DNA of 64,000 nt, from contig OZ360233.1 in assembly GCA_977017645.1 (NCBI GenBank), positions 110,422,001 through 110,486,000 of the forward strand, given 5' to 3'. The position numbers and the translations under genes were made by a program. Shown here in pieces: positions 1 to 13,312 of the stretch (positions are counted from its first letter, which is position 1; each line of letters begins with the position of its first letter). This DNA is from Torpedo marmorata. Its lineage: Eukaryota. A model generated the notes under the pieces. That model saw only the letters and a program-made list of their open reading frames with translations. It did not search any database and had not been told where the DNA came from.

Positions 1-106
1 TGGGCAAGTTAACTCTTTCAGTACCAGGTCCCAGTGTATACTCCAAAAGACTTCATCCTTCCTGCTTACTGTCCTCAGTCCAAACTGTCAGTCATGGTCC
101 ATAACA
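1..106 (-). repeat. 3' LTR (partial) of the Gmr1-like element
   Basis: Near-identical to 14291-14396 (4 mismatches). Preceded on the minus strand by the purine tract GTGGGTGGGAGG (107-118). Confidence 0.92.
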
Positions 107-232
107 CCTCCCACCCACAAAGAAAATTTTGGTCTGCAAAAACAAAATTTTAGAAATTGAGGTGTTACAATATAAACAAAACCCACAATGTTCATCCACA
201 AATACAAAATATGAACTATTTTCATTGATAAA

Positions 233-538
233 GTTTAACATCTAGAAAGACAATCAGCAATTACATTATCTTTCCCTTTTATGTGTTATTACCAAATCAT
301 ATTCTTGCAAAATTAGACTCCAGTTCAATAACCGTCGATTCTTATTTTTCATTTTACAAAGAAAAACCAATGGATTATGGTCAGTATACACTATGAGTGG
401 TTTTTTGAGCTGTACAGATATAAACATCAAAGTGTTGTAGAGCCAACACAAGAGCCAACAACTCTTTCTCTATGGTTGAATAATTCCTTTGATGATCATT
501 GAACTTCTTTGAGAAGTAGGATACCGGATGGTCAATAT
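233..538 (-). pseudogene. RNase H C-terminal part of Gmr1-like pol
   Basis: DIDHPVSYFSKKFNDHQRNYSTIEKE and IVYTDHNPL...LLNWSLILQEY, the Gypsy RNase H motifs. Frameshifted. Confidence 0.88.
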
Positions 539-850
539 CCTCTTCGTTCTTCTTTTTTTTTGGAATATTTTATTTAAAATTTTAAATCACAAAATACATT
601 GTATAAATCGCAAAATTATCAAAATACATGTGATATATTTTCTCCCTCCCAACCACCCTCCCCACCCTAACCCCCCCACCCCTCCCTAACCCTCCCACCC
701 CTACTAATCTATAAAATAGAATATAATAAAATAAAATAAAGAAAAGAAAAAAGAGAAACTAAGGAGAATGTCAATCTAGGATAAAAATAACTATAAACTA
801 AAATTTTGTGGAAGTTAGGTTCACCAGCCTGATCCAATGTTCAGAGATCT

Positions 851-3800
851 TCAAATTTTTATTTTTAAATCAACCATTTTTATATATGGGCTCCATATTT
901 TCGAAAAGAAATGATATTTATTACGTAAATTATAAGTAATTTTTTCAAGTGGTATACAAGAACGAAGTTCTGCATGCCACCTTTCTAAACCTAAATCTAC
1001 ATCAGATTTCCAAGTGATAGCAATACATTTCTTAGCAACCGCTAAAGCAATTCTCAAAAACTCAATTTGATACATATTTAAATTCATCCTAATACTAATT
1101 CTTTTAATATCACCAAATAAAAATATCATCGGATCCATTGGAAGTATATTTCTTAATACTTTATCTAAAAATTCCTTAACTTTAAACCAAAAATCCTGAA
1201 TCTTTGGACAAAACCAAGTAGAATGTACAAAAGAACCTTCTTCCCCATTGCATCTAAAACACATATCTGATAACGCTGGATTAAACTTCTTTAATTTTTT
1301 AGGTGTCAAATATAATTGATGAAAAAAATTATATTGCACTAATCTATATCTGACATTAATAATTTTAGTCATACTTAACTTACATAGTTCTTTCCAATGT
1401 TTTTCTTCTATAGTTACATTCAAATCTAATTCCCATTTTAATCTTGATTTATGAATTGCTACCTTAGGCATTTTCCTCTGTAATAATTTATACATTTGAG
1501 AAATAAATTTATTTACACCTCCATTTATAACTAATAATTCAAATTCACTTTGTCGAGGTAAAACCAAATTATGACCCAGTTTTTCAACTAAAAAAGCTTT
1601 AATTTGAAAATAGGCAAAATATGTATTATTTAATATATTAAATTTATCTTTCATTCTTTGAAAAGTAATAAATTTACCAGCTTCAAAGCAATCATTTACA
1701 TTCTTAATTCCCTTTTGAAACCAAATTTTAAATAACTGATTATTAAAAGCAAATGGAATAAGTCTATTTTGATATAAAGGCATATTTGGCGAAATTAAAC
1801 CTTTCGCTCCTATCTCTTTATCCAATCTATTCCATATTTCTAATAAATGTTTAAAAATAGGAGAATTTTTACCATTTATCAATATTAATTTAGAATTCCA
1901 TTTATAAATAATTTCTTCCTTTAAATCTTCTCCTATATTATTTAATTCTATTCGAATCCATGCCGAATCTTTTGTTAAATCGAACAGTTCATTAATAAAC
2001 CATAATTGAGATGCTTTATAATAATTTTGAAAATTAGGCAATTGTAATCCACCCAATTCATAATTCCAAGTTAATTTTTCCATAGCTACTCTAGCCAATT
2101 TACCTTTCCACAAAAACTTCCTAATAATAAAATTTAAATCTTTAAAAAATTTTTGAGGAATTTCATATGGAATTGATTGAAAAAGATATTGGATCCTTGG
2201 AAAGATATTCATTTTAATACAATTTATCCTTCCTAATAAAGTTATAGGTAAATCCTTCCAACTTTCCAAATCTTTTTTAATTTTCGCATAGTGGTAAATA
2301 ATTTAATTTATACAAGTTAGTTAATTTAGTATCTATCTTTATACCTAAATATTTAATTCCTTCGTTTGACCATTTAAATTGTGTAATTTCTTTACATTTA
2401 CTATAATCACCTTGTGTTAATGCCATAATTTCACTTTTATCAGAATTAATTTTATAACCAGAAATCTCCCCATATTCCCTCAATATAACATCCAAATGTA
2501 TTAAAGAAGTAATAGGTTTTGTCATATATATCAATACATCATCTGCAAATAAATTAATCTTATGTTCTTCATTTCCAACTTTAATACCCGCAATCTTAAT
2601 ATCTTGTCTAATTAATTCCGCCAAAGGTTCAATTGCTAAAACAAATAATGCGGGTGATAACGGACATCCTTGTCGCGTCGACCTAGTCAACAAAAACTTA
2701 GAAGAAATTTGTCCATTTGTAACCACCCTAGCAGAGGGTTCTTTATATATAGTTTTAATCCAATTAATAAATGTAGTTCCAAAACCAAATTTTTCCAATA
2801 CTTTAAATAAATAATTCCACTCTAATCTATCAAAAGCCTTTTCAGCATCTAGTGTTAGTACTAATGATAATTCTTCTTTCTTTTGTGCCACATTAATTAA
2901 ACTAATTAACCTAGCTATATTATCTTTTGAATATCTATTCTTAATAAAACCTGCTTGATCTTCATGAATTAAATCTGGTAAAAATTTAGCAAGTCTATTT
3001 GCTAATATTTTCGCCATTATCTTATAGTCCACATTTAACAATGAAATTGGCCTATATGATTCTGTTTTCAACGGATCTCTATCTTTTTTTGGTATAACTG
3101 TTATCATTGCATTAGAAAATGTTTCCGGTAAAGAATGAGTTTCCGTTATTTGTTTTAATACCTCCATATATGGGGGTATCAATAAATCTTTAAATTCCTT
3201 ATAAAATTCTGATGGGAAACCATCCTCACCTGGAGATTTCCCATTTGCTAAAGAACTAAGAACCTCATTAACTTCTCTCATCGTAAATATTGAATCTAAA
3301 AATTCCTTACTTCGAGTATTCAATCTAGACAGTTTAATCTTAGATAAAAAGGCATTCACTTTAAAATCACCTTTATCAGTTTGAGATTTATATAGATTTA
3401 AATAAAATTCCCTAAAAGAATCATTTATTTCCCGAGGTTTAAACGTTATCTTCTTTGAATTCTTTTTTACAGCATTTATAGTCCTGGAAGTCTGTTCTTT
3501 TTTTAATTGCCATGCCAACACTTTATGTGCTCTTTCACCCAATTCATAATATCTTTGTTTAGTTCTTTCAATTACTTTTTCCATTTTATATGATTGCAAT
3601 GTATTATAATACAATTTCTTTCCAATTAAATTCCTCTTTTTTTCTTCTGATTTTCTCTTTTGTAAATCTTTCTCCAAAAATTCAATCTCCTTCTCCAATT
3701 TATCTAATTCTTGAGTATATTCCTTTTTAACCTTTGCTGAATAACTTATTATTTGACCTCTTAAATAAGCTTTTAAAGTATCCCAAATAATAAATTTATT

Positions 3801-4643
3801 ATCGACTGAATTAGAATTAATCTGTAAAAATTCATGAATCTCTCTTCTCATATAGTTACAAAAATCCGGTCTTTTCAATAAAGAAGAATTAAATCTCCAT
3901 CTATATGTCATTTTCTCTTTTTCCGGAATTATACATGACATTATTAAAGGCGAATGGTCCGAAATTATTCTTGCTTTATATTCTATTTCAGTAACTCTAT
4001 CTTGTAAATGAGATGACAATAAAAACATATCAATTCTAGAGTAAGAATCGTGTCTAAAAGAATAAAAAGAATAATCTTTTTCTCTTGGATTCAACTTTCT
4101 CCAAATATCAACTAAATTCAAGTCCTTCATCAAAGAAAGAATTTTCTTTGCATTTTTGGTCCTAACTATTGATTTAGATGTTTTATCTAGTATAGGATCT
4201 AAACAACAATTGAAGTCCCCTCCAATTAGAATATTCTCATTTGCTTCTGATAAATGTAAAAAAGAATCTTGAATAAATTGTTCATCTTGCATATTTGGGA
4301 CATATATATTCATAAGTGTCCACATTTCCGAATATATCTGACAATTTACTAAAACATATCTTCCTGAAGCATCTAATACCATAGACTGTAACTTAAAAGG
4401 TAATTTTTTATTAATTAAAATAACGACTCCTTTTGCTTTAGAATTAAATGAAGACGCAATCACTTGACCAACTCAATCTCTCTTCAATTTCTGATATTCT
4501 ACATCTGTCAAATGCGTCTCTTGCAAAAAAGCAATATCAATTTTTAACTTTTTAATATATGCCAATGTTCTTTTCCGTTTAATCGGATTATTTAGCCCAT
4601 TTATATTAATACTTACAACATTTATTAATTTACTATCTGCCAT
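851..4643 (-). pseudogene. L1 ORF2 (APE endonuclease, RT, CCHC) with a premature stop near 4473 and a frameshift near 2277
   Basis: NINGLNNPIKRK, GGDFN, SRID, SDHSP, YRPISLLN, DAEKAFD, RQGCPLSP, LFADD, YLGI, CFRC..H..W.C. Confidence 0.95.
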
Positions 4644-4929
4644 TACTATTATTTAATAACTCTCTCCTCATCAGACCAGGCGGTCCCCCCTTCCACATTT
4701 GTAATAAATCTGACATCTCCTTAAACAAAGAAAAGAAAGAAAAAAGAATATTAAAAAGAAAAACTAAACTAAACCCTCTATAAAATAACTGGTACTACAC
4801 CAGTATAACCCCCCTCTTCTGTTCGGGAAGTGGCCCTCGCCACTAAAGTGGTGTGTGGCTAGGTACGGAGCAGACAAGAAAAAGTCCACCCCTCCCAACA
4901 GAATAAACATAACAATTAATGTCAATTCT

Positions 4930-6444
4930 TCATCCGAATGCAGCTTCTTCCAAATCCTTATTAACTTGTTCATCAGACAGCTCCTCAATCAACTCCACCA
5001 GTTCACCTTTTCTTGGACGTACTTGGAGGTTCTCGGACAAATGTAGCAAATCTTGAACAGATACATCAACAGGCTTGTTAACTTGAGAATATCCGGACCC
5101 ATCTTGATCTTGTTTTATATTCGGTAGACTATTAGCATATTCCAAAGCATCATGATAATTCGCAAAAAATTTTGATTGGTTGTCTTGCAATTGAATCTTC
5201 AATATTGCAGGATATCTAAAAGAAAATCTGTAACCCTTATTCCAAAGGATTGCTTTAGCTGGATTAAATCCTTTCCGATCTTTAATTATTACTGCACTTA
5301 AATCAGCGTAGAAAAACACTCTATTTTTATCAATAATCAATGGAGATTTCCTCTCTCTCGCGCTCTGAACTGCTAATCTCAAAATTTTTTCCTTATCCTG
5401 GTAACGAAGACATCTAATCAAAACTGAACGTGGCGTTTGTCCAGGAAATGGCTTCCTCCTATTGTCTCGGTGGGCTCTATCCAATTCAAGACCATAAGGA
5501 AAATTATCCTTACCCAGAATATCTGGGATCCATTTTTGAAAAAAATCAGTTGGATTTCGCCCTTCAAAATCTTCTGGAAGTCCCACAATCTTAACATTAT
5601 TTCTACGACTTTGATTCTCCAAAGTATCTACTTTTTGTAAGAGTTGATTTCTTTGCAATTCCCAGGCAGTAAATGTATTTTCCATTTTTTCCACTGTATC
5701 CTTACAATCCACCACTTCATTATGATATTCTTCAACATTATCTTCAACTTTCTGAACTTTCAATATAACTTTATCCACAACAGCAGCATATTTCTTCAAA
5801 TCATATTTAATATCTTTTATTTCTTCATTAAATTTTGTAAAATTAGTATCCATAGCTTTGAATCCATTCTCAATACGCTTATTCATTGTAGATACCTGTT
5901 CTGTAAAATAATTCAATGCTTGAACAAAAGTAGTTGAAACCTCTGTTTTTCCTTGCAACAAGTCAAATTCTTCTCCTTCACTAATATTTCCTTCCCCTCC
6001 CTCCATTTCTTCTGATCTTCTATCATCTTCCACAAAAAATATCTTCTTTCTTCCTTTTCCTTCTGAATCTGTTGAACCTGATGAAGATTCATCCTGTCCC
6101 ACGATGTACTGAATAGAACGGGACGACTTTACTTGGCTGTCAGCTGAAGTTGACAGCTCCCTTTGTGTTTCAATCGCGCGCGTCATTTCGCACATGCGCG
6201 ATACATCCGTCTCTTTCAGTAGTCCCGTTTTCTTCCGAGCACCAGCGCCATCTTCCCCAGCTCCCCGGGAGGACGGCGCTGGCGTCACCACAGGCTTACC
6301 CTGCCGCGTCTGCATCTTTCGTGGAGGGAGAGGAACTTCATCCCGAGGCTCCTTCAATACGGTAGGCCAACCTTCTTCTTGAACCCGATTTTCTTTAATC
6401 CCTGGTTTCTTTGTCTTCTGATCTTTGATTTTTCTTGTAGCCAT
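4930..6444 (-). CDS. L1 ORF1p (coiled coil, RRM, CTD; Transposase_22-like), intact
   Basis: Open ~504-aa frame from ATG at 6444 with a heptad-rich coiled coil, LENQSRRNNVKIVGLPE, RAHR and YPA motifs. Confidence 0.9.
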   Translation of the reverse strand: MATRKIKDQKTKKPGIKENRVQEEGWPTVLKEPRDEVPLPPRKMQTRQGKPVVTPAPSSRGAGEDGAGARKKTGLLKETDVSRMCEMTRAIETQRELSTSADSQVKSSRSIQYIVGQDESSSGSTDSEGKGRKKIFFVEDDRRSEEMEGGEGNISEGEEFDLLQGKTEVSTTFVQALNYFTEQVSTMNKRIENGFKAMDTNFTKFNEEIKDIKYDLKKYAAVVDKVILKVQKVEDNVEEYHNEVVDCKDTVEKMENTFTAWELQRNQLLQKVDTLENQSRRNNVKIVGLPEDFEGRNPTDFFQKWIPDILGKDNFPYGLELDRAHRDNRRKPFPGQTPRSVLIRCLRYQDKEKILRLAVQSARERKSPLIIDKNRVFFYADLSAVIIKDRKGFNPAKAILWNKGYRFSFRYPAILKIQLQDNQSKFFANYHDALEYANSLPNIKQDQDGSGYSQVNKPVDVSVQDLLHLSENLQVRPRKGELVELIEELSDEQVNKDLEEAAFG

Positions 6445-6581
6445 TCTTAGTTTCTTAACAAATACTTTTAGCAATCAGATGAGTTTTTTAAAATACAGTT
6501 TTTAATTAATTCTGTGGGAGGAGTGTAATTCCACGACTCCAACCTACGCCATCACGCCACGCCCCCCTCTTCGTTCTTCTT

Positions 6582-7500
6582 CTGTAACAGCACTGCACCC
6601 ACAGCTTCATCGATGGCATCCACGGCTAAAGAAAACGGCTGTTCTAAATTAGGTGACTTAAGCACAGGTTGGTGGCACAGCATGGCTTTCAATTTGACAA
6701 ATGCTTCCTGACAACCTGTCGACCATACAAATTTTTCTTTCTTTCTAAGCAAATTTGTGAGAGGGAGCGCAAGATCAGCAAAGTTTTTACAGAACTTGCG
6801 GTAGTAGCCAATCATTCCCAGGAACCTCTTCAGAGTTTTCTTACCAGTTGGAACAGGGAACTCGGAAATAGTCACAACCTTTGCCTCTACTGGCGCCAAC
6901 TGCCCCTGTCCTACAACATAACCCAGATAAATAACAGTAGCATGTCCAAACTCACTTTTACTTAAATTAACTGTGAGATTTGCTTTGGACAGTCGTTCGA
7001 ACAATTGTTTTAGCTCAAAGACATGCTCTTCCCAGGTCTCACTACTTACAATTAAATCATCAATGTAAGCACCTGTGTTTTTCAACCCTTGAATTACAGA
7101 ATTTATCATTCTCTGAAATGTTCCTGGAGCATTCTTCATACCAAAAGGCATAACATTATACTCATACAGCCCAAAAGGTGCTACGAATGCAGAAATCTCC
7201 CTAGCCCTTTTTGTCAAAGGAACACACCAGTACCCTTTTAATAAGTCAATTTTTGTAAGAAATTTGGCCTTCCCCTCCTTGTCTATACAATCGTCTATTC
7301 TAGGAATAGGATAAGCATCTGTCTTTGTTACAGCATTTACTTTCCTATAATCAGTGCAAAACCTAACTGTTCCATCAGGCTTATGCACTAAAACACAAGG
7401 GGAACTCCAATTGGAAGTAGACTTTCGAATGATATTGTTCTTTACCATGTAGTCAATTTCCTGATCTACCAGTTTGCACTTTTCCGCATTGATTCAATAG
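6582..7500 (-). pseudogene. Gypsy reverse transcriptase and start of RNase H
   Basis: SNWSSPCVLV, RFCTDYRKVN, KIDLLKGYW, MPFGMKNAP, YIDD, FLGMIGYYRKF. Confidence 0.93.
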
Positions 7501-9036
7501 GGATGCTGTTTTATCGGTCTTGCATCTCCTACATCCACATCATGATAAGCGATGGAAATTTTCTGAGGCACATCAGGAAATAAATTTATAAATTTTAAAA
7601 ATAACTGACTCAACTCTTCCTTTTCTGAAGTTTTCAGATGAGCCAACTTTGTCTCCAGATTGCGCAAAATCATGGAATTTTCTAACCTCGGGCTTATCAA
7701 TTTCTGTGTCCCATGACCCTCTCTGAAACTGGTTTCATCTGTCTCCTCCTTACCCTGATCAATAACCAGTACCTCTGGTAAATTTTCAGTCCCTTTGTGT
7801 GGTACCTGTTCAAAATATGTCTTAATCATATTCACATGACAGACCTGTGTGTCTTGTCTGCGATTAGGTGTTTCTATGACATAAGTGACATCATTAATTT
7901 TTGACTTAACTCTATAGGGTCCTGAATAACTAGCCCTAAGAGGATTTGAATGGATGGGAAACAGAACTAATACGTTCTCACCAGGTTTAAAAGTTCTCGT
8001 CTTAGCCTTTCGATCATACCAAACTTTCATTCTCTGTTGAGTGGCCTTTAAATTCTCCTTTGCCATCTCACAAGCCCGATGCAATCGATCCTTAAATTTT
8101 GAAACATAATCTAACAGATTTAAATGCACATCACTATTAATCTACTGTTCTTTTAATAATCTTAAAGGACCTCTCACCTCATGTCCGAAAACTAACTCGA
8201 ATGGACTAAAACCAAGTGATTCTTGGACAGACTCCCTCACTGCAAATAACAACAAATAAACCCCCTCATCCCAATCCTTTTCCTTCTCACAACAATAAGT
8301 TCTAATCATGTTTTTCAAAGTCGAATGGAACCTCTCCAAGGCCCCTTGACTTTCTGGATGGTACGCAGAGGATACAATCTGTTTAACTCCCAGTCTATCA
8401 ACCACTTGTTGGAAAACGCCTGACATGAAATTACTGTCCTGATCTGATTGAATTTCCCTTGGCAAACCTACCAAGGTGAAAAACTTTACCATAGCCTTTA
8501 CAATTGACTTTGCTTTAATGTTTCTCAGAGGAATGGCCTCTGGAAATCTGGTGGCTGCACACATAATTGTTAACAAATACTCATTCCCCGCTTTGGTTTT
8601 GGGCAATGGGCCAACACAGTCCACAATTACTCTCGAGAAAGGCTCACTGAAAGCAGGGATAGGTTGCAAGGGTGCCACCGGGGAACCCTGATTAGGTTTA
8701 CCCACCACCTGACAAGTGTGACAGGCCCGGCAAAAGCTTACAACCTCCCTTCTCAAACTGGGCCAATAAAATTGTTTCATTTTCTTCCTTATAGTTTTCT
8801 TCACCCCAAGGTGACCACCTAAGGGTGTACTATGAGCCAAAGTTATTATTGCATCCCTATATACTTTAGGGATCACAACCTGCTGCACTACTGCCCATTC
8901 TTCATTGGCAGGAACATCACATGGTCTCCACTTTCTCATCAACACCCCATCTTTTTCATAATAACCCACTGGCACCTTTTTAATCTCCTCTTCAGAGAGA
9001 ACCTTATCCCTCACCTCAGCAAGATCAGGATCGTCC
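7494..9036 (-). pseudogene. Gypsy integrase (HHCC zinc finger, DDE core, GPY/F C-terminus) upstream of RT
   Basis: H..GGHLG..CRACHTC, VDCVGPLP, SDQ, YHPESQGALER, GPY..HVNMIK. Confidence 0.93.
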
Positions 9037-11495
9037 CTATTTCATTATTAAATGTAGATTATAAGATAATGGCAAAAATTTTAGCAAATAGAATGGCTAA
9101 TTATTTACCAGATTTAATCCATGTAGATCAAGCTGGTTTTATTAAAAATAGATATTCAAAAGATAATATAGCTAGATTGATTAGCTTAATTAATTTACAT
9201 AAAAAGGAAGATTTACCATTAGTTTTAACTTTAGACGTTGAAAAGGCTTTTGATAGATTAGAGTGGAATTTTTTATTTAAGGTATTGGAGAAATTTGGTT
9301 TTGGAAATACATTTATTAATTGGATTAACACTATATATAAAGAACCATCTGCTAAAGTAGTTACAAATGGACAAATTTCTTCAAAATTTCCTTTGACTCG
9401 ATCTACTAGACAAGGATGTCCTTTGTCACCAGCATTATTTATTTTGGCGATAGAACCTTTGGCAGAATTAGTTAGAAAATATCCTAAAATAGTTGGTATT
9501 AAAGTTGGAATGGAAGAACATAAAATTAGTTTGTTTGCAGATGATGTATTGGTATATATGACAAAATCTATTACATCCTTAGTACAATTGTCTGTGTTAT
9601 TGAGAGAGTATGGGGAAATATCTGGATATAAAATTAATTCTGATAAAAGTGAAATTATGGCATTATCACAAGGGGTTATAGTAGATGTAAAGAAATTACA
9701 CAATTTAAATGGGCAAAGGAAGGAATTAAATATTTGGGAATAAGGGTTGATACAAAATTGGCTAATTTATATAAATTAAATTATCTACCATTATTTGTGA
9801 AAATAAAGAAAGATTTAGAAAATTGGAAAGATTTACCTATAACTTTAATGGGAAGAGTAAATTGTATTAAAGTGAATGTTTTTCCAAGAATTCAATATCT
9901 TTTTCAATCAATTCCTTATGGAATTCCTCAATTTTTTTAAAGATTTAAATTCAATTATTAGAACATTTTTATGGAAAGGAAAGTTAGCAAGAGTAGGTAT
10001 GGAAAAATTAACTTGGAATTATGAAATGGGTGGTTTACAACTTCCTAATTTCCAAAGTTATTATAAAGCAGCTCAACTAAAATTTGTTAATGAATTTTTT
10101 GATTCAACTAAATCTTCTGCTTGGATTAAAATAGAGTTAAATAATATAGGAGAAGATTCCAAAGAAGAAATTATTTATAAGTGGGATTCTAAATTAATAT
10201 CAACAAAAAAGAAAAATTCGCCTATTTTTAAACATTTGTTAGAAATATGGAATAAGACGGATAAGGAAATAGGAGGAAAAGGATTGATTTCTTCAAGGAT
10301 GCCTTTATATCAAAATGGACTTATTCCATTTACTATTAATAATCAATTATTTAAAATTTGGTTTCAAAAAGGAATTAAGAAGATTAATGATTGTTTTGAA
10401 GCTGGGAAATTTATTACTTTTCAAAGAATGAAAGATAAATTTAATATATTAGACAATACACTTTTGCTTATTATCAAATTAGAGCTTTTTTGATTGAGAA
10501 ATTAGGTTATGCTTTGATTTTACCAAGACAAAATGAATTAGAATTATTAGTTACTAATGGAGATGTTAATAAATTTATTTCTCAAATGTATAAATTGTTT
10601 CAGAGGAAAATGCCTAAAGTAGGATTGCATAAATCAAGATTAAAATGGGAATTAGATTTGAATGTAAGAATAGATGAAAACCATTGGAAAGAATTATGTA
10701 AATTAAGTATGACGAAGATTATTAATGTTAGATATAGATTAGTACAATATAATTTTTTTCATCAATTATATTTAACACCTAAAAAACTAAAGAAATTTAA
10801 TCCGACACTATCAGGTTTATGTTTTAGATGTAATAAAGAGGAAGGGTCTTTTGTACATTCTACATGGTTTTGTCCAAAAGTTTATGATTTTTGGTTGCAA
10901 GTTAAAAAAAATTTAGATAAAGTATTTAAGATTACATTTCCAATGGATCCTATGATATTTTTGTTTGCAGATATAAGAAAATTTAGTATTAGGATGAAAT
11001 TAAATATGTATCAAATAGAATTTTTGCGAATTGCTTTAGCTGTTTCAAAGAAATGCATTGCTATCACTTGGAAATCTGATTTAGATTTAGGATTAGAAAG
11101 ATGGCATGCAGAACTTCGTTCGTGTATACCACTTGAAAAAATTACTTATAATCTATGTAATAAATATCATTTCTTTTTAAAAATTTGGAGCCCATATATG
11201 AAAGCTGTTGGTTTAAGGATTTGAAGATCTCTGGATATCGTATCTACTGGCATACTTGACCTCCATAATAGAATTAGTTTATAGATTGGCATTCCCCTTA
11301 CTTTCTTTCTTTTTCTTCTTTTTCTATTTTTATTTTATATTTTTATTTTTTATTAGATTAGTGGGGTTGGGAGGGTTGGGGAGGGGAGGGAGGGAGGGTG
11401 GGTGAAAATGTATCACAAATAATTTGATAATTTTATATTCTATTTTATGTATTTTGTGATTTAAAAATTTTAAATAAAATATTTTTTTTTTTAAA
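9037..11495 (+). mobile_element. 5'-truncated L1 (RT and C-terminal part of ORF2, frameshifted) nested in Gypsy pol
   Basis: TSD AAGATCAGGATCGTCC at 9021-9036 and 11496-11511. Protein is closely similar to the 851-4643 ORF2. G-rich 3' UTR and AATAAA. Confidence 0.95.
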
Positions 11496-11511
11496 AAGAT
11501 CAGGATCGTCC

Positions 11512-13312
11512 TTTTGCCTTGCTATTAGCTCCTGTCGGGATAGTGACAAATCTGTGCCTTTCGGTGTCTTATCAGTGGATGGGTGTAATTCAGGAGATTG
11601 CTCAACCTTTTCTAGGTGTTCTTGATTATCACTGACTTTTTCTTTCACCAAGTTATTTTCCATTGCCTTCTCTACAGTGACATTTTTCTTAGACATGGCC
11701 CAGGTTATGGCACATGCCGGATAAATATCAGAGTCTTTCTCTGACTTATCAATGACTGGCTTAGTGGTCATTCGCACTGCAGGAACTACTTTACCCTTGG
11801 CCAAGTCATTACCTAGCAACAGTGAGACTCCTTCTACTGGCAACTCTGATCTCACTCCTATTATAAAAGGTCCTTCCACCAAGTCTGAGTCCAACACTAT
11901 TTTGTGCAAAGGAATGGACTCAACATCACCACCAATTCCTTTAATTAAATTTATGTCAGTAGCTTCACAAAATTCCAAGACACTATCTAACACAAGTGAC
12001 TGAGCAGCTCCAGTATCTCGCAAGATTTTCACTGGAACTTGTTTTGATCCTGCCTTAACTGAAACAAAACAATCAGTCACAGAAGGTTTAAATACATCTC
12101 TAACTTTGTCAGTAAATTGATCTCCTTCCTGGGTGTTATGCCTCTTCTCACTCTGAATACAAGCATTAGGTGTTGCATCCTTTTCTCTCTTCTTTTTCAA
12201 CACTGGACAGCTTGCTAGCATATGACCAGCCTTCTTACAGTAGTGGCAAATGGGACCCGAATGGTTTTCCCTTTTCCACTTTCCTTCATCCCTTTCCTTA
12301 ACACCACTTCCAAATTTACTTTCCACTTGCTTCTGATTATCCACAGTGACCTGTTGGAAAATTTTGCCTGACATCCACTTAGGCTTGTGGGTTAAAGCAT
12401 ATTCATCTGCTAACTTAGCTGAATTTTGCCAAGTTTTCACCTCCTTTTCATCTAAGTATGCCTTAATATCCTCAGGAACACACCTTTTTATCTCCTCGAT
12501 TATTATCAATTCTCTCAATTGATTGTAATCATCGTTTACCTCCTTAGATGTGCACCACCTGTCAAAACACACAACCTTTTCATAGGCAAACTCTGTATAA
12601 GATTGGGTTGCTGATCTTTTTAAATTTCTAAACTTCTGTCTATAAGCCTCTGGAACTAACTCATAAGCCTGGAGTATAGCCTTTTTCACCGTTTCATAAT
12701 CAGCAGCTTGCTCTGTGATAAGAGTAGAATAAGCTTGCTGAGCTTTTCCTTTTATTACACTTTGTAACATAAGAGATCATTGGTCTTGTGGCCATTTTAA
12801 TTTCACAGCCACTTTCTCAAAATGCTGGAAGTACTTATCTATTTCTGCCTCCTCAAATGGAGGAACCAACCTAACTTCTCTACTAGCTAAAAATCCCTCA
12901 ACAGGATGACGAATTTGATCTTGCTCTTCTTGTCTCCTCTCATTTTCCAACTTTATCTTTTCCAGCATATATCTCCTATTTCTCTCATCGTTCTCTAAGT
13001 CTAATTTCTTTTGTTCCATTTCCACCTCCAATTCTAATTTCTTTTGTTCCCTGGCTGCCTCCAATTCCAATTTCTTTATTTCCAACTGTATGTTTTCAGA
13101 AGGTTTACCCTTGGGAAACTGCTCTAACATGCTCTCCTCAAACTTTTTTCTTTTATATAGTATTTGACAATTTTTCTCCCAATCTCTGCCTTTTTCATTG
13201 ATGGTTTTACAGACGCAATGCCCAACTCTGTTGCTATATCCACTAACTGTTGCTTTTTCGCCTTTTTTAAAGTATCAGGTTCAGGTGATTCCAAAAATTC
13301 TCCTACATCCAT
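11512..13312 (-). pseudogene. Gag (SCAN-like capsid region, CCHC knuckle) plus aspartic protease
   Basis: VPPFEE..FEKVA..WP, AYELVPEAYRQKFR, CHYCKKAGHMLASC, LRDTGAAQS. One frameshift (~13135) and one stop (~12778). Confidence 0.88.

Larger units (their letters stand above)
555..6565 (-). mobile_element. Full-length L1-clade LINE inserted in the Gypsy RNase H
   Basis: TSD CCTCTTCGTTCTTCTT at 539-554 and 6566-6581. AATAAA plus poly(A), G-rich 3' UTR, ORF1 and ORF2 all present. Confidence 0.95.

Noticed and set aside
8832-9743. 303-aa ORF as a novel fusion protein
   Set aside because: The N-terminus is antisense Gypsy integrase read by chance into the truncated L1 RT across the TSD.
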